Source: Bacilli bacterium (lineage in GTDB: Bacteria; Bacillota_I; Bacilli_A; RFN20; CAG-826). From it: a stretch of 58,256 bases of DNA. Positions within the stretch are counted from its first letter, which is position 1. The number at the start of each line of letters is the position of its first letter. The notes beneath the pieces were generated by a model, which was not told the origin of the DNA, did not search any database, and worked only from the letters and a program-made list of their open reading frames with translations. Location: assembly GCA_024407995.1 (NCBI GenBank), contig JAKSVL010000002.1:1-58256 (forward strand), written 5' to 3'. Both the position numbers and the translations under genes were made by a program. This document shows positions 28,401 through 36,955 of the stretch, piece by piece.

Positions 28401-29725
28401 TGCCTCAAGGAGTTGTTGCAATTGTTGGTTCACCTAATGTCGGCAAATCGACAATTTTTAATCGTATGATTGGCGATAGACGCGCCATTGTCGATGATGA
28501 AATGGGTATTACACGTGATAGACTATACGGCCAATGTGAATGGCTCGGCCATCACTTTTCTTTAATCGATACTGGTGGTATTGAAATTGTTAATCGTCCA
28601 TTCCAAGAACAAATACGAGTTCAAGCTGAAATCGCTATAAATGAGGCAGATGTGATAGTGTTTGTGGTGGATGGTAAGCTTGGAATTACCACAGATGATC
28701 GTGTGGTTACTGGCATTTTGCGCAAGGTCAATAAACCTATCATTCTTGCGGTTAACAAGATTGATGAAGGTTCGCATATGGCGGATGCTCAAGAGTTCTA
28801 TGGCCTTGGATTAGGCGAGCCATTTATCGTTTCCGGTGCACACGGTATTGGTATTGGTGATGTTCTTAATGAAATTGTTAAGTATTTACCAGAAAATAAA
28901 GATGAATTAGAAGAAGATCGTATCACTTTTTGCGTTGTCGGTCGCCCTAACGTGGGAAAATCATCTTTAACAAATGCTATTCTCAATCAGGAAAGAGTTA
29001 TTGTCAGCAACATTTCTGGCACAACTAGAGACTCAATAGATACTCCTTTCAAAAGAGGTGAACAAAATTATCTTGTTATCGATACTGCGGGACTAAAAAA
29101 ACGTGGGAAAATCTATGAGGCTATTGATAAATATAGTGCTATACGTGCATTAAAAGCCATTGAAAGAAGTGAAATTGTTCTTCTTGTTCTTGATGGAAAA
29201 GAAGGTATTACCGAACAAGATAAACACGTCATTAGCTATGCCACTGATTTGCATAAAGCTATTATCATTGTTGTTAACAAATGGGATTTAGTTGATAAGC
29301 AAACTAATACCATGAGCGACTATGTTAAAATTATTAGAGAGGAATACAAGTTCCTAGATTATGCACCTGTGGTCTTTGTTTCTGCTTTAAAAAAGCAAAG
29401 ACTCGATACATTATTTGAAACATTAGATATGGTGCATCAAGCTTACTATACACGTATACAAACATCTTTATTAAATGATGTGATGCAAGATGCCCAAATC
29501 ATGAATCAGTCACCGAACTTTAATGGGGGACGCCTTAAAATTTTATATGCTTCCCAAGTTAGTAGCGCCCCTCCAACCATCGTTCTCTTCGTGAACGATC
29601 CAGAATTTATGCACTTCTCTTATGAGAGATATATAGAAAACCGTTTGAGAGAAACCTTCAACTTTGAAGGCACTCCCATTCGTATAGTCTTAAAGAAGAG
29701 GAGCCGGCAAATAGACAACAAATAA
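28400..29725 (+). CDS. der: Ribosome-biogenesis GTPase Der (EngA)
   Basis: Two tandem G domains (GSPNVGKST, GRPNVGKSS; NKID/NKWD) plus a KH-like C-terminus. Confidence 0.95.
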   Translation: MPQGVVAIVGSPNVGKSTIFNRMIGDRRAIVDDEMGITRDRLYGQCEWLGHHFSLIDTGGIEIVNRPFQEQIRVQAEIAINEADVIVFVVDGKLGITTDDRVVTGILRKVNKPIILAVNKIDEGSHMADAQEFYGLGLGEPFIVSGAHGIGIGDVLNEIVKYLPENKDELEEDRITFCVVGRPNVGKSSLTNAILNQERVIVSNISGTTRDSIDTPFKRGEQNYLVIDTAGLKKRGKIYEAIDKYSAIRALKAIERSEIVLLVLDGKEGITEQDKHVISYATDLHKAIIIVVNKWDLVDKQTNTMSDYVKIIREEYKFLDYAPVVFVSALKKQRLDTLFETLDMVHQAYYTRIQTSLLNDVMQDAQIMNQSPNFNGGRLKILYASQVSSAPPTIVLFVNDPEFMHFSYERYIENRLRETFNFEGTPIRIVLKKRSRQIDNK

Positions 29726-29736
29726 GGAGATTCACT

Positions 29737-30021
29737 ATGAACAAAATCAACAGAAAAGATTTAGTCCAAGCCGTAGCGGATGAAGGCCATCTTTCCAAGA
29801 AAGACGCTCGTACTGCTATCGACATTGCCTTTGATCTTATCGAGCAATCGCTTCTCGAAGGCCAAGAAGTAAACGTCACTAATTTCGGTGTATTTACTCC
29901 AAAAACCAAACAACAGCGTGACGGTACCGATCCAAGAAAACACAATCGTATCGTTATTGAAGAAAAACGCACAGTCGTATTTAGACCTTCCAAGCAATTG
30001 AAAGAAAAACTAAATAAGTAA
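29737..30021 (+). CDS. hup: HU-family DNA-binding protein
   Basis: 94 aa with the HU/IHF arm pattern NFGVFTPK...RNP-like...VVFRPSKQLKE. AAGGAGA SD. Confidence 0.8.
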   Translation: MNKINRKDLVQAVADEGHLSKKDARTAIDIAFDLIEQSLLEGQEVNVTNFGVFTPKTKQQRDGTDPRKHNRIVIEEKRTVVFRPSKQLKEKLNK

Positions 30022-30083
30022 TAAAAACAGAAAAATCAGCTTTTGCTGGTTTTTTTGTGCCTAATAACTATGATAATAGAAGT

Positions 30084-30776
30084 ATGGATAATAAAATTGC
30101 CTCATTCAAATCATTAGCAGATATTTTTGAACAGCATGGTTTTCATCTATATCTTGTTGGTGGCACAGTGCGTGACTATCTTTTAGGCATTAATTTAGAT
30201 GATATGGATGCTGTTAGCGATGCCTTGCCTCATCAAATTATGTCCTTTTTAAATAATGTAGATGATACATTTGCTCATCTTGGTTCTTTAAAATATAAGG
30301 ACCTCAGTGGTGTGAAATTCGATATCACAACCTTAAGAAAAGAGAGCGGTTATGTAGATTCTCGTCATCCAAGTAAAGTAATATTTGTGACTGATTTAAA
30401 AGAAGATTTCCCAAGAAGAGATTTCACTGTCAACGCGATGTATTTGGATAAAAATTTAAAAGTTTATGATTTTTGTGATGGACAAAAAGATATACAAAAC
30501 CACATTTTAAGAATGGAGGGTAATCCAGAACACAGATTAAAGGAAGACCCACTTCGTATTTTAAGAGCAATTCGCTTTCATTTGATGCACGACTTAAAAA
30601 TCGATGATGAATTGATGAAAGCAATGACTAATAATTTATATTTATTACAAAATATCACCGACGCGAAAATAAGAAGCGAATTAAACAAAATTGATGATTC
30701 AAAAGTGAATCAAGAAGAGAAAAAAGCAATTTTTTCACAATTTGATGTGGCAAACATTAAGGGTGTGGTAAAGTAA
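30084..30776 (+). CDS. Short tRNA nucleotidyltransferase/poly(A) polymerase-family protein (head+neck only, ~230 aa)
   Basis: LVGGTVRDYLLG...DMD, RRDFTVNAMY and DPLRILRAIRF motifs. The ATG at 30084 is preferred over the GTG at 30057, which sits in the hup terminator T-run. Confidence 0.7.
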   Translation: MDNKIASFKSLADIFEQHGFHLYLVGGTVRDYLLGINLDDMDAVSDALPHQIMSFLNNVDDTFAHLGSLKYKDLSGVKFDITTLRKESGYVDSRHPSKVIFVTDLKEDFPRRDFTVNAMYLDKNLKVYDFCDGQKDIQNHILRMEGNPEHRLKEDPLRILRAIRFHLMHDLKIDDELMKAMTNNLYLLQNITDAKIRSELNKIDDSKVNQEEKKAIFSQFDVANIKGVVK

Positions 30777-30780
30777 TATC

Positions 30781-31440
30781 ATGATTAGTGAAGCTGTTGA
30801 TTTCCGTTTTCTTCTTTTAGAAAACTACAAAAAACTTAGAATTAGTGAAGATGAACTAGTAATTATTTTTATGATTGATCACCTTGTTACTCAAGGTAAT
30901 CCTTTCATTACTGCTGACTTATTATCTTTAAAGATGAGTTTAGACATTAAAAAGATTGATGAATTAATCGCAAACTTATTAACTCGCGGATTAATGGAAT
31001 ATACTTCTTTAAATGGCAAAACCGTGACATCTTTAAATCCTTTAAAAGAAAAATTATATCGTGAATTTGAAATATCGATTTCCAAAGAAAACGAACGCAA
31101 AGGTGATCCTAAAGTAAATGAGGAACTTAACAACATTTATGAAACCTTTGAGAAGCAATTGAACCGTCAATTATCACCTTTAGAAATATCTCACATCAGA
31201 GAATGGGTATCATTAGGATATTCCGATGATATGATTATTAACGCTTTGAAAGAGGCTCTTTCTCAAGGCAAAAAATCATTAAGATCTGTTGATAAAATAC
31301 TTTTGTCATGGGCTAAAAGAGAAGAACTTGAAGTTGAAGGCAAAACCGCAATCGATGATGAGTGGACTAAGAATTTAGAAGAAACTATCCGCATTGCTAA
31401 AACTCCTTGGCTTGATGATGATGACGATGATGACGACTAA
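30781..31440 (+). CDS. dnaD: DnaD-domain replication initiation/primosome protein with poly-Asp tail
   Basis: C-terminal DnaD domain (LSPLEISHIREWVSLGYSDDMIINALKEA). dnaD-nth synteny as in Bacillus. Confidence 0.75.
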   Translation: MISEAVDFRFLLLENYKKLRISEDELVIIFMIDHLVTQGNPFITADLLSLKMSLDIKKIDELIANLLTRGLMEYTSLNGKTVTSLNPLKEKLYREFEISISKENERKGDPKVNEELNNIYETFEKQLNRQLSPLEISHIREWVSLGYSDDMIINALKEALSQGKKSLRSVDKILLSWAKREELEVEGKTAIDDEWTKNLEETIRIAKTPWLDDDDDDDD

Positions 31441-32059
31441 CATTAATCGCCTTTTGGATTATCTTGATGAATTATTTCCACTTGCTAAGTGCGAACTTTT
31501 TTATACTAAAGACTATGAATTAGTTATTGCGGTCATGCTTTCTGCCCAGACAACAGATAAGTCCGTTAATGCAGTGACATCCATTTTGTTCAAGAAGTTT
31601 ACTACACTTGACGAATTAAATAATGCCTCATTAGAAGAAATTGAAGAAATAATCAAACCAATAGGCCTATATAAAAACAAAGCAAAAAATCTTAAAGGAA
31701 TTGTTGAGGAATTGATTGAAAGATTCAATCGTACTGTTCCTTCTGATAAAAATGAATTGATGACATTACCAGGAGTTGGCAATAAAACCGCAGGTGTTAT
31801 TCGCGCTGAAATATTTAATATTCCTGATTTACCAGTAGATACACATATTTTACGAATAGCAAAAAGATTAAATCTTGCTAAAAAAGACGATGAACCAATT
31901 GATGTTGAAAGGAAATTGAAAAAACTTATTCCAGAAAAAAGATGGATTAAGTCTCATCATCAATTAATTCATTTTGGTCGTTATCATTGTTTGGCCCGTT
32001 CACCACGATGTGAAAACTGCCAAATAAAGGACATGTGTATTAATTATTTACGAAAATAG
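31415..32059 (+). CDS. nth: Endonuclease III
   Basis: HhH-GPD LPGVGNKTAGVI and Fe-S cluster CLARSPRCENCQIKDMC. The start is one of several ATGs at 31415-31432. Confidence 0.9.
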   Translation: MMMTMMTTNINRLLDYLDELFPLAKCELFYTKDYELVIAVMLSAQTTDKSVNAVTSILFKKFTTLDELNNASLEEIEEIIKPIGLYKNKAKNLKGIVEELIERFNRTVPSDKNELMTLPGVGNKTAGVIRAEIFNIPDLPVDTHILRIAKRLNLAKKDDEPIDVERKLKKLIPEKRWIKSHHQLIHFGRYHCLARSPRCENCQIKDMCINYLRK

Positions 32060-32634
32060 AGTTTTTCAACTGCATCAATGAAATGCAATCTAGGTGTGTA
32101 ATCCTGTCTGATTAATACACCTTTTTCTTTAAAGACAGAATATGGAATTGATTTTCTGCTTCCATGTTCATAGAAATCAATAACAAAGGAAGCATCTAAT
32201 AAGTAGATTTCATTTTTTAATTGGAAACAAATGATAAAGAAAGCAATGCCGCCATGTTTTAAAACATTTTTTAAGTGAATGATTTGATGCTCGCTAATAT
32301 TGCTAATAGGAAATGATGTTTCTGATTTTGTATTTTTAGCTTCGAAATCGACATATTTACCTTTGTAAACACCGTTATAATCGGTAGTGGATTGCTTTTC
32401 GAAATAGGCATCAGTAATTTTACCACCACGAGAATAATCAACTTTGACCACATTAATTGGGGTTGGTCTTTTAGTAATTAAAGCTATACCAGCGTCGCGA
32501 TAATAATCATTAGAAAGGTTGATGTCTTCTTCTAAAGACATTCCACGGTTAGCAGCACTCAAAAGGGAGCGACGTTTTTGTTCCACCTTTTCTTCTTGGG
32601 ATGCAACGTATTTTTTACCGTTTGGATATTTCAT
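32044..32634 (-). CDS. recU: Holliday junction resolvase RecU
   Basis: NRGMSLEEDINLSNDYY..., FEAKNTKSETSFPISNISEHQ; 196 aa. Confidence 0.9.
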   Translation of the reverse strand: MKYPNGKKYVASQEEKVEQKRRSLLSAANRGMSLEEDINLSNDYYRDAGIALITKRPTPINVVKVDYSRGGKITDAYFEKQSTTDYNGVYKGKYVDFEAKNTKSETSFPISNISEHQIIHLKNVLKHGGIAFFIICFQLKNEIYLLDASFVIDFYEHGSRKSIPYSVFKEKGVLIRQDYTPRLHFIDAVEKLYFRK

Positions 32635-33359
32635 TAGGCAATATATTCTTTGATTTCCTTTTCAAATTCTTCGCAAGTGACGTTTTCGTCATTGGCTAAT
32701 TTCTTTATAACATTACTGACGGGCATTGGGAAGTGATTGAATGATTTAAGGACCTTTTTATATTCATCTACTAAGATTTCACTCTTTCTCATTGTGGCGT
32801 CGTATAACCATGCTAAATTTTCTGCATCAACAGCAGGATCGTGAGCAGGTCCAGCTTGTGGCACGCCAAAGGCATCACAATATTTAATAAGAGAAAGAGG
32901 ATTGCCTTTATCATCTCTCATGAATTCGCTAATGAAAGCACTGAAATCAATATAATTTTGTTGAATACATTGGACGATTTCTTTAGGGAAATCAAAACTA
33001 TAAGAAATGGAGGAAGATAAAATCTTCATGTCATGATTGCCGAATGTGACAAATGATGATTTTTTAAAAGAAAGACCACAGTATTTTTTGAGTTCACTCA
33101 TTGCAGTGAAAAAGCTGACGCCTTTTTGCTTGAGCATCTCTTCGGTAATACCAGTTAAGTCTGTGACGATTTTACCTACTCTATTGTGAGCTTTGACATA
33201 GATTCTGAATGGCTTCTTATGTTTTTTGATATAACCATGACGGTCAATTACTACATGGGTAGCACCAATAGCGATCATTTCATGTGAGAATTGTGTGCCT
33301 TCAAAATCTAGGAAGACTATTGATTTGTGACCTTTAAGTAATCTTTCGAATTTTTTCAT
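32634..33359 (-). CDS. DEDDh-type 3'-5' exonuclease (KapD/DnaQ-like)
   Basis: Exo motifs FLDFEGT, GNHDMKIL and HDPAVDAENLA. 1-nt overlap with the recU start. Confidence 0.75.
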   Translation of the reverse strand: MKKFERLLKGHKSIVFLDFEGTQFSHEMIAIGATHVVIDRHGYIKKHKKPFRIYVKAHNRVGKIVTDLTGITEEMLKQKGVSFFTAMSELKKYCGLSFKKSSFVTFGNHDMKILSSSISYSFDFPKEIVQCIQQNYIDFSAFISEFMRDDKGNPLSLIKYCDAFGVPQAGPAHDPAVDAENLAWLYDATMRKSEILVDEYKKVLKSFNHFPMPVSNVIKKLANDENVTCEEFEKEIKEYIA

Positions 33360-33411
33360 AAAACCTTGAATAGTATAGCACTAATTTTCCTTTTTTCAAA
33401 AAGAAAAAAGA

Positions 33412-33440
33412 TTGAATAATGCTACTTTCTCTTATAGAAT
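33412..33440 (+). promoter_or_regulatory. Sigma-A type promoter of gpsB-like gene
   Basis: TTGAAT, 17-nt spacer, TAGAAT. The track start at 33419 falls inside the spacer. Confidence 0.5.
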
Positions 33441-33457
33441 ATAAGAAACGGAGATTT

Positions 33458-33826
33458 ATGGCAGTAAAGCTTTTTCTTAATTCCCAAACAATCTTGAATC
33501 ATACCTTTCCCATTCTTTATAGGAATGCCTATGATGCGACTGAAGTTGACAAGTTTCTTGATGCAGTTATCCAAGACTATAAAAAAGTCGAGGAAAATTC
33601 CTTGCTCTTGAAGAAAGAATACGAAGAACTTGTTAATAAAAATCGTAGCCTTGAGCAGGAGAAAAGAAGTCTTGAAGTGGAACTAGAAAAATACAAAGCA
33701 AGATTTGCCAATATTAAATCTAGCGATAATGTCACCAATGACAATATCGAATTAGTCAGAAGAATCAATAGCCTAGAGAAATTCCTTTGGGCGCATGGAT
33801 ATAATCCTGACACCATTAAAAAATAA
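33458..33826 (+). CDS. gpsB: DivIVA-domain cell-cycle protein, GpsB-like
   Basis: F-x5-YDATEVDKFLDAVIQDY N-terminal DivIVA motif plus a coiled coil. Lies next to rnpB, as in Bacillus. Confidence 0.7.
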   Translation: MAVKLFLNSQTILNHTFPILYRNAYDATEVDKFLDAVIQDYKKVEENSLLLKKEYEELVNKNRSLEQEKRSLEVELEKYKARFANIKSSDNVTNDNIELVRRINSLEKFLWAHGYNPDTIKK

Positions 33827-33830
33827 AAAA

Positions 33831-34162
33831 ATCCGGTCTGGACAATCGCTGCATTAGTAGAGGAAAGTCCATGCTCGCACGGACTGTGATGTCCGTAGTG
33901 ATTGCGCTAGCGAAAAAAATAACGCTAGGTACGTAGGAGTACGTAACGGCGGGAGGAAACCTAAAGGAAACCATGGTCAAATCCCTGAAAGTGCCACAGT
34001 GACGTAGTTTATTAGAAATAATAAAGTGGAACGCGGTAAACCCCACAAGCGAGAAACCCAAATTTGGTAGGGGAGATAAGGAAAGAGAATTGAATTGATC
34101 CTTGTAAGCATTGCTTAGATAAATGGTTGTCAAAACAGAACATGGCTTATAGGACCGGATAC
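33831..34162 (+). ncRNA. rnpB: RNase P RNA, type B
   Basis: GAGGAAAGTCCATGCTCGCAC, GAAAGTGCCACAGTGACG, GTGGAACGCGGTAAACCCC, GCGAGAAACCCAAATTTGGTAGGGGA and ACAGAACATGGCTTA. P1 pairing: TCCGGTC/GACCGGA. Confidence 0.95.
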
Positions 34163-34179
34163 TCACTTAAGGAGACACA

Positions 34180-34830
34180 ATGAATTTACCAACAAAAATT
34201 ACAGTTTGTCGAATAGTTGCCATCGTCGGCATGATACTGACTCTCTTTATTCTAAATGTTATTCCAGGATGGCAAACCATTGAAATACCAACTACGGGTA
34301 TCAATGTTGTCTTCTTAATCATCTTTGTTTTCTTTGTACTTGCTAGTTTTACCGACTATCTCGATGGTCATTTAGCAAGAAAGAATAATCAAGTTACTGA
34401 TTTAGGTAAATTCTTGGATCCAGTTGCGGATAAATTGTTAGTAAATAGCATCGTTGTTTTCCTAACTGCTCCTTCAGTTTTTGCTCGTTATATTCCTAGC
34501 GATTGCTATCCTCTCATTAGTTTCAATGTTTGGTGTGCTATTCTCTTGGTTGCTCGCGATATTGTTGTGGATGCGCTTCGCTTCATTGCTGCAAGCAAAG
34601 GTAAAGTCATTGCCGCCAATATCTTTGGCAAATTAAAAACAGTTTTTGAAATGATTGCTATTTGTGCAGTTTTATTAAACGGTTTCCCATTTAGATATTT
34701 TGATGCTTCATGGCCAACTGGTTTACATATTGCAGATTTCTTGGTTTACATAGCCACACTAGCCTCTATCGTATCTGGTGTCATCTATGTTTATCAAAAT
34801 CGTGCCGTTTTCAAAAGTGAGGATAAATAA
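34180..34830 (+). CDS. pgsA: CDP-diacylglycerol--glycerol-3-phosphate 3-phosphatidyltransferase
   Basis: CDP-alcohol phosphotransferase motif DYLDGHLARKNNQVTDLGKFLDPVADK. Confidence 0.9.
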   Translation: MNLPTKITVCRIVAIVGMILTLFILNVIPGWQTIEIPTTGINVVFLIIFVFFVLASFTDYLDGHLARKNNQVTDLGKFLDPVADKLLVNSIVVFLTAPSVFARYIPSDCYPLISFNVWCAILLVARDIVVDALRFIAASKGKVIAANIFGKLKTVFEMIAICAVLLNGFPFRYFDASWPTGLHIADFLVYIATLASIVSGVIYVYQNRAVFKSEDK

Positions 34831-35294
34831 TGATCGACTCACGCGAGATAAACAAACTCTTCTGTGAAAAAGGTTTGACATTAGGTTCTGTTGAATCATT
34901 TACTGGTGGTTTGTTTGCTCAATCAATAACCGCTTTTAGCGGAGCATCTCGTTTCTATAAAGGTGGCTTGGTTACATATGCCACAGAAGAAAAAGTTCGT
35001 TTGCTTGGAATTTGCCAAACTGATGTTGATAAGTATGGGGTAATTAGCAAAGAAATCGCTTGTCAAATGGCAGAAAAAGGTCGTGAGTCACTCGATGTTG
35101 ATTATTGTATTTCTTTCACCGGTAATGCTGGCCCTGACGCGATGGAAAGCAAGCAAGTTGGCGAAGTCTATATTGGCATCGCTGACAAAAACAATGTTGA
35201 AACTTACGCTTTCTTGCTAAAAGGAAGTCGACAAGATATACAAAACGAAGGCGTTAAAAACGCCTTAGAAATTTTGAAGAGAAAAATTTCATAA
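34830..35294 (+). CDS. CinA C-terminal-domain protein (nicotinamide-nucleotide amidohydrolase PncC-like)
   Basis: GSVESFTGG motif; 154 aa; pgsA-cinA-recA synteny. Confidence 0.8.
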   Translation: MIDSREINKLFCEKGLTLGSVESFTGGLFAQSITAFSGASRFYKGGLVTYATEEKVRLLGICQTDVDKYGVISKEIACQMAEKGRESLDVDYCISFTGNAGPDAMESKQVGEVYIGIADKNNVETYAFLLKGSRQDIQNEGVKNALEILKRKIS

Positions 35295-35365
35295 AAAAAT
35301 CAAAAATTTAGGAAAAAATCAAAAAAATCACCCTATTGGTATAAGTGAAAGGAGCTGTAAAAAAT

Positions 35366-36367
35366 ATGGCTAAAGAAAGAGAAAATGTTTCAATCGATAC
35401 ATTAGATGAAACACTCAAACAAATTCAAAAAATTTATGGCAAAGGCGCTGTTATGCGTCTTGGCGACAGAGAAGCCGTTGATGTCGATGCAATCCCATCT
35501 GGTTCATTATTAATTGATGAAGCATTAGGCGTTGGTGGTTATCCAAAAGGTCGTATCATCGAAATATTTGGACCAGAAAGTAGTGGTAAAACCACACTTG
35601 CACTTCACGCAATTGCAGAATGTCAAAAGAATGGTGGCCGCGCTGCCTTCATTGATGCTGAACATGCGATCGATCCAATTTATGCCAAAAACCTTGGTGT
35701 AGATATTAACGAATTAATCCTTTCACAACCTGACAATGGTGAACAAGCGTTAGAAATCGTTGAAATGCTCGCTAACTCTGGTGGTGTTAATTTGATTATT
35801 GTCGATAGCGTTGCAGCTTTAGTGCCTCAAGCCGAACTAGATGGTGAAATGAGCGATTCGTCAGTTGGCCTACAAGCCCGCTTGATGAGTAAAGCGATGC
35901 GTAAAATTGCTGGTATTTTGAATAAGAAAGAATGCGCAGTTATTTTCATTAATCAATTACGTGAAAAAGTTGGTGTGATGTATGGCAATCCAGAAACAAC
36001 ATCTGGTGGTCGTGCTTTAAAATTCTACGCTTCAATTCGTATCGACATCCGTCGTAACGAAGCAATCAAACAAGGTTCAGACATCATTGGTAATACATGC
36101 CGCGTGAAAATTGTTAAAAACAAAGTTTCCCCACCATTCAAACAATGCGAAATTGATATTATCTATGGTCAAGGCATTTCCAAAGAAGGAGAAATCCTCG
36201 ATCGCTCTGTTGAATTAGGTATTATCAAAAAGAGTGGTTCATGGTTTGAATACAATGGTAACAAAATTGCCCAAGGCCGTGACTCTGCTAAAACATATAT
36301 TAAAGAGAACGAAGACATTGCTGCTGAACTTTTAGAAAAAATCAAAAGTGGTGTTGTTTCCGAATAA
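35366..36367 (+). CDS. recA: Recombinase RecA
   Basis: [10 protein letters not shown]-loop with a full-length RecA sequence. The ATG at 35366 (MAKERENVS...) is preferred over the GTG at 35345. Confidence 0.97.
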   Translation: MAKERENVSIDTLDETLKQIQKIYGKGAVMRLGDREAVDVDAIPSGSLLIDEALGVGGYPKGRIIEIFGPESSGKTTLALHAIAECQKNGGRAAFIDAEHAIDPIYAKNLGVDINELILSQPDNGEQALEIVEMLANSGGVNLIIVDSVAALVPQAELDGEMSDSSVGLQARLMSKAMRKIAGILNKKECAVIFINQLREKVGVMYGNPETTSGGRALKFYASIRIDIRRNEAIKQGSDIIGNTCRVKIVKNKVSPPFKQCEIDIIYGQGISKEGEILDRSVELGIIKKSGSWFEYNGNKIAQGRDSAKTYIKENEDIAAELLEKIKSGVVSE

Positions 36368-36375
36368 GAAAAAAT

Positions 36376-36400
36376 CTTCCGAATTAAAATCGGAAGTTTT
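36376..36400 (+). terminator. Intrinsic terminator after recA
   Basis: CTTCCGA / TCGGAAG hairpin followed by TTTTCTTT. Confidence 0.65.
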
Positions 36401-36424
36401 CTTTCCTGTTTTTGCTATGCTTTC

Positions 36425-36477
36425 GTCAAAGACAAGACGTTAAAACTCGGAAGGAAGACCTCGCAACGGAAAGCGAG
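36425..36477 (+). repeat. Copy 1 of a 53-nt imperfect direct repeat (contains a 7-bp hairpin ACCTCGC/GCGAGGT)
   Basis: GTCAAAGACAAGACGTTAAAACTCGGAAGGAAGACCTCGCAACGGAAAGCGAG. 45 of 53 positions are identical to copy 2 by hand alignment. Confidence 0.8.
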
Positions 36478-36656
36478 GTGATCTGCAATGAAAGATAACA
36501 ATAAAGAGTTGTTTCTCATTTTAAAGCTATCCATAATTTGCCTTCTAATTTGTTTGATAAACTCTTATTAAATTAAAAAAGAAGTCTCTTAACGACTAAT
36601 ACCCAATAAGTGTTGTGAGGACTTCCTTCTTATGGCTACATTATAACACCTACATT

Positions 36657-36709
36657 GTCAAAGACAAAACGTTAAAACTCGGAACAGAGACCTCGTGATG
36701 GAAAGGGAG
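36657..36709 (+). repeat. Copy 2 of the 53-nt imperfect direct repeat (hairpin degraded, followed by a T-run)
   Basis: GTCAAAGACAAAACGTTAAAACTCGGAACAGAGACCTCGTGATGGAAAGGGAG. Confidence 0.8.
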
Positions 36710-36955
36710 TTTTTCTTTTGTGAATAGCAATTTGCCTAATCCGTAAGATTTTTTGTTTCAAAAAAAGGAGTTTCATTCTATAATATTTTTGTATCCTCGA
36801 AAGATACTTACCTATATATTCTCATTAGAGAACTTTATTATCAGGCTCGCCTGTTGATTATATAAGATGCAATTTGCCTCATTTAATGTGGGGAGCATTT
36901 TGGGTAAAGTCTACAAGTAGACTACACATTTTATTATTTAGAAAGGAATATTATT

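Noticed and set aside
36440-36460. Possible SRP (4.5S/scRNA) domain IV, suggested by the sequence CGGAAGGAAG in repeat copy 1.
   Set aside because: Only the GGAA tetraloop-like decamer matches. The flanking conserved SRP helix-8 sequences (GUCC..., ...GCAGCC/AGGCAG) are absent, and the second repeat copy does not keep the decamer.
36425-36709. CRISPR array.
   Set aside because: There are only two imperfect 53-nt copies with a 179-nt spacer. There are no further repeats and no cas genes anywhere in the window.
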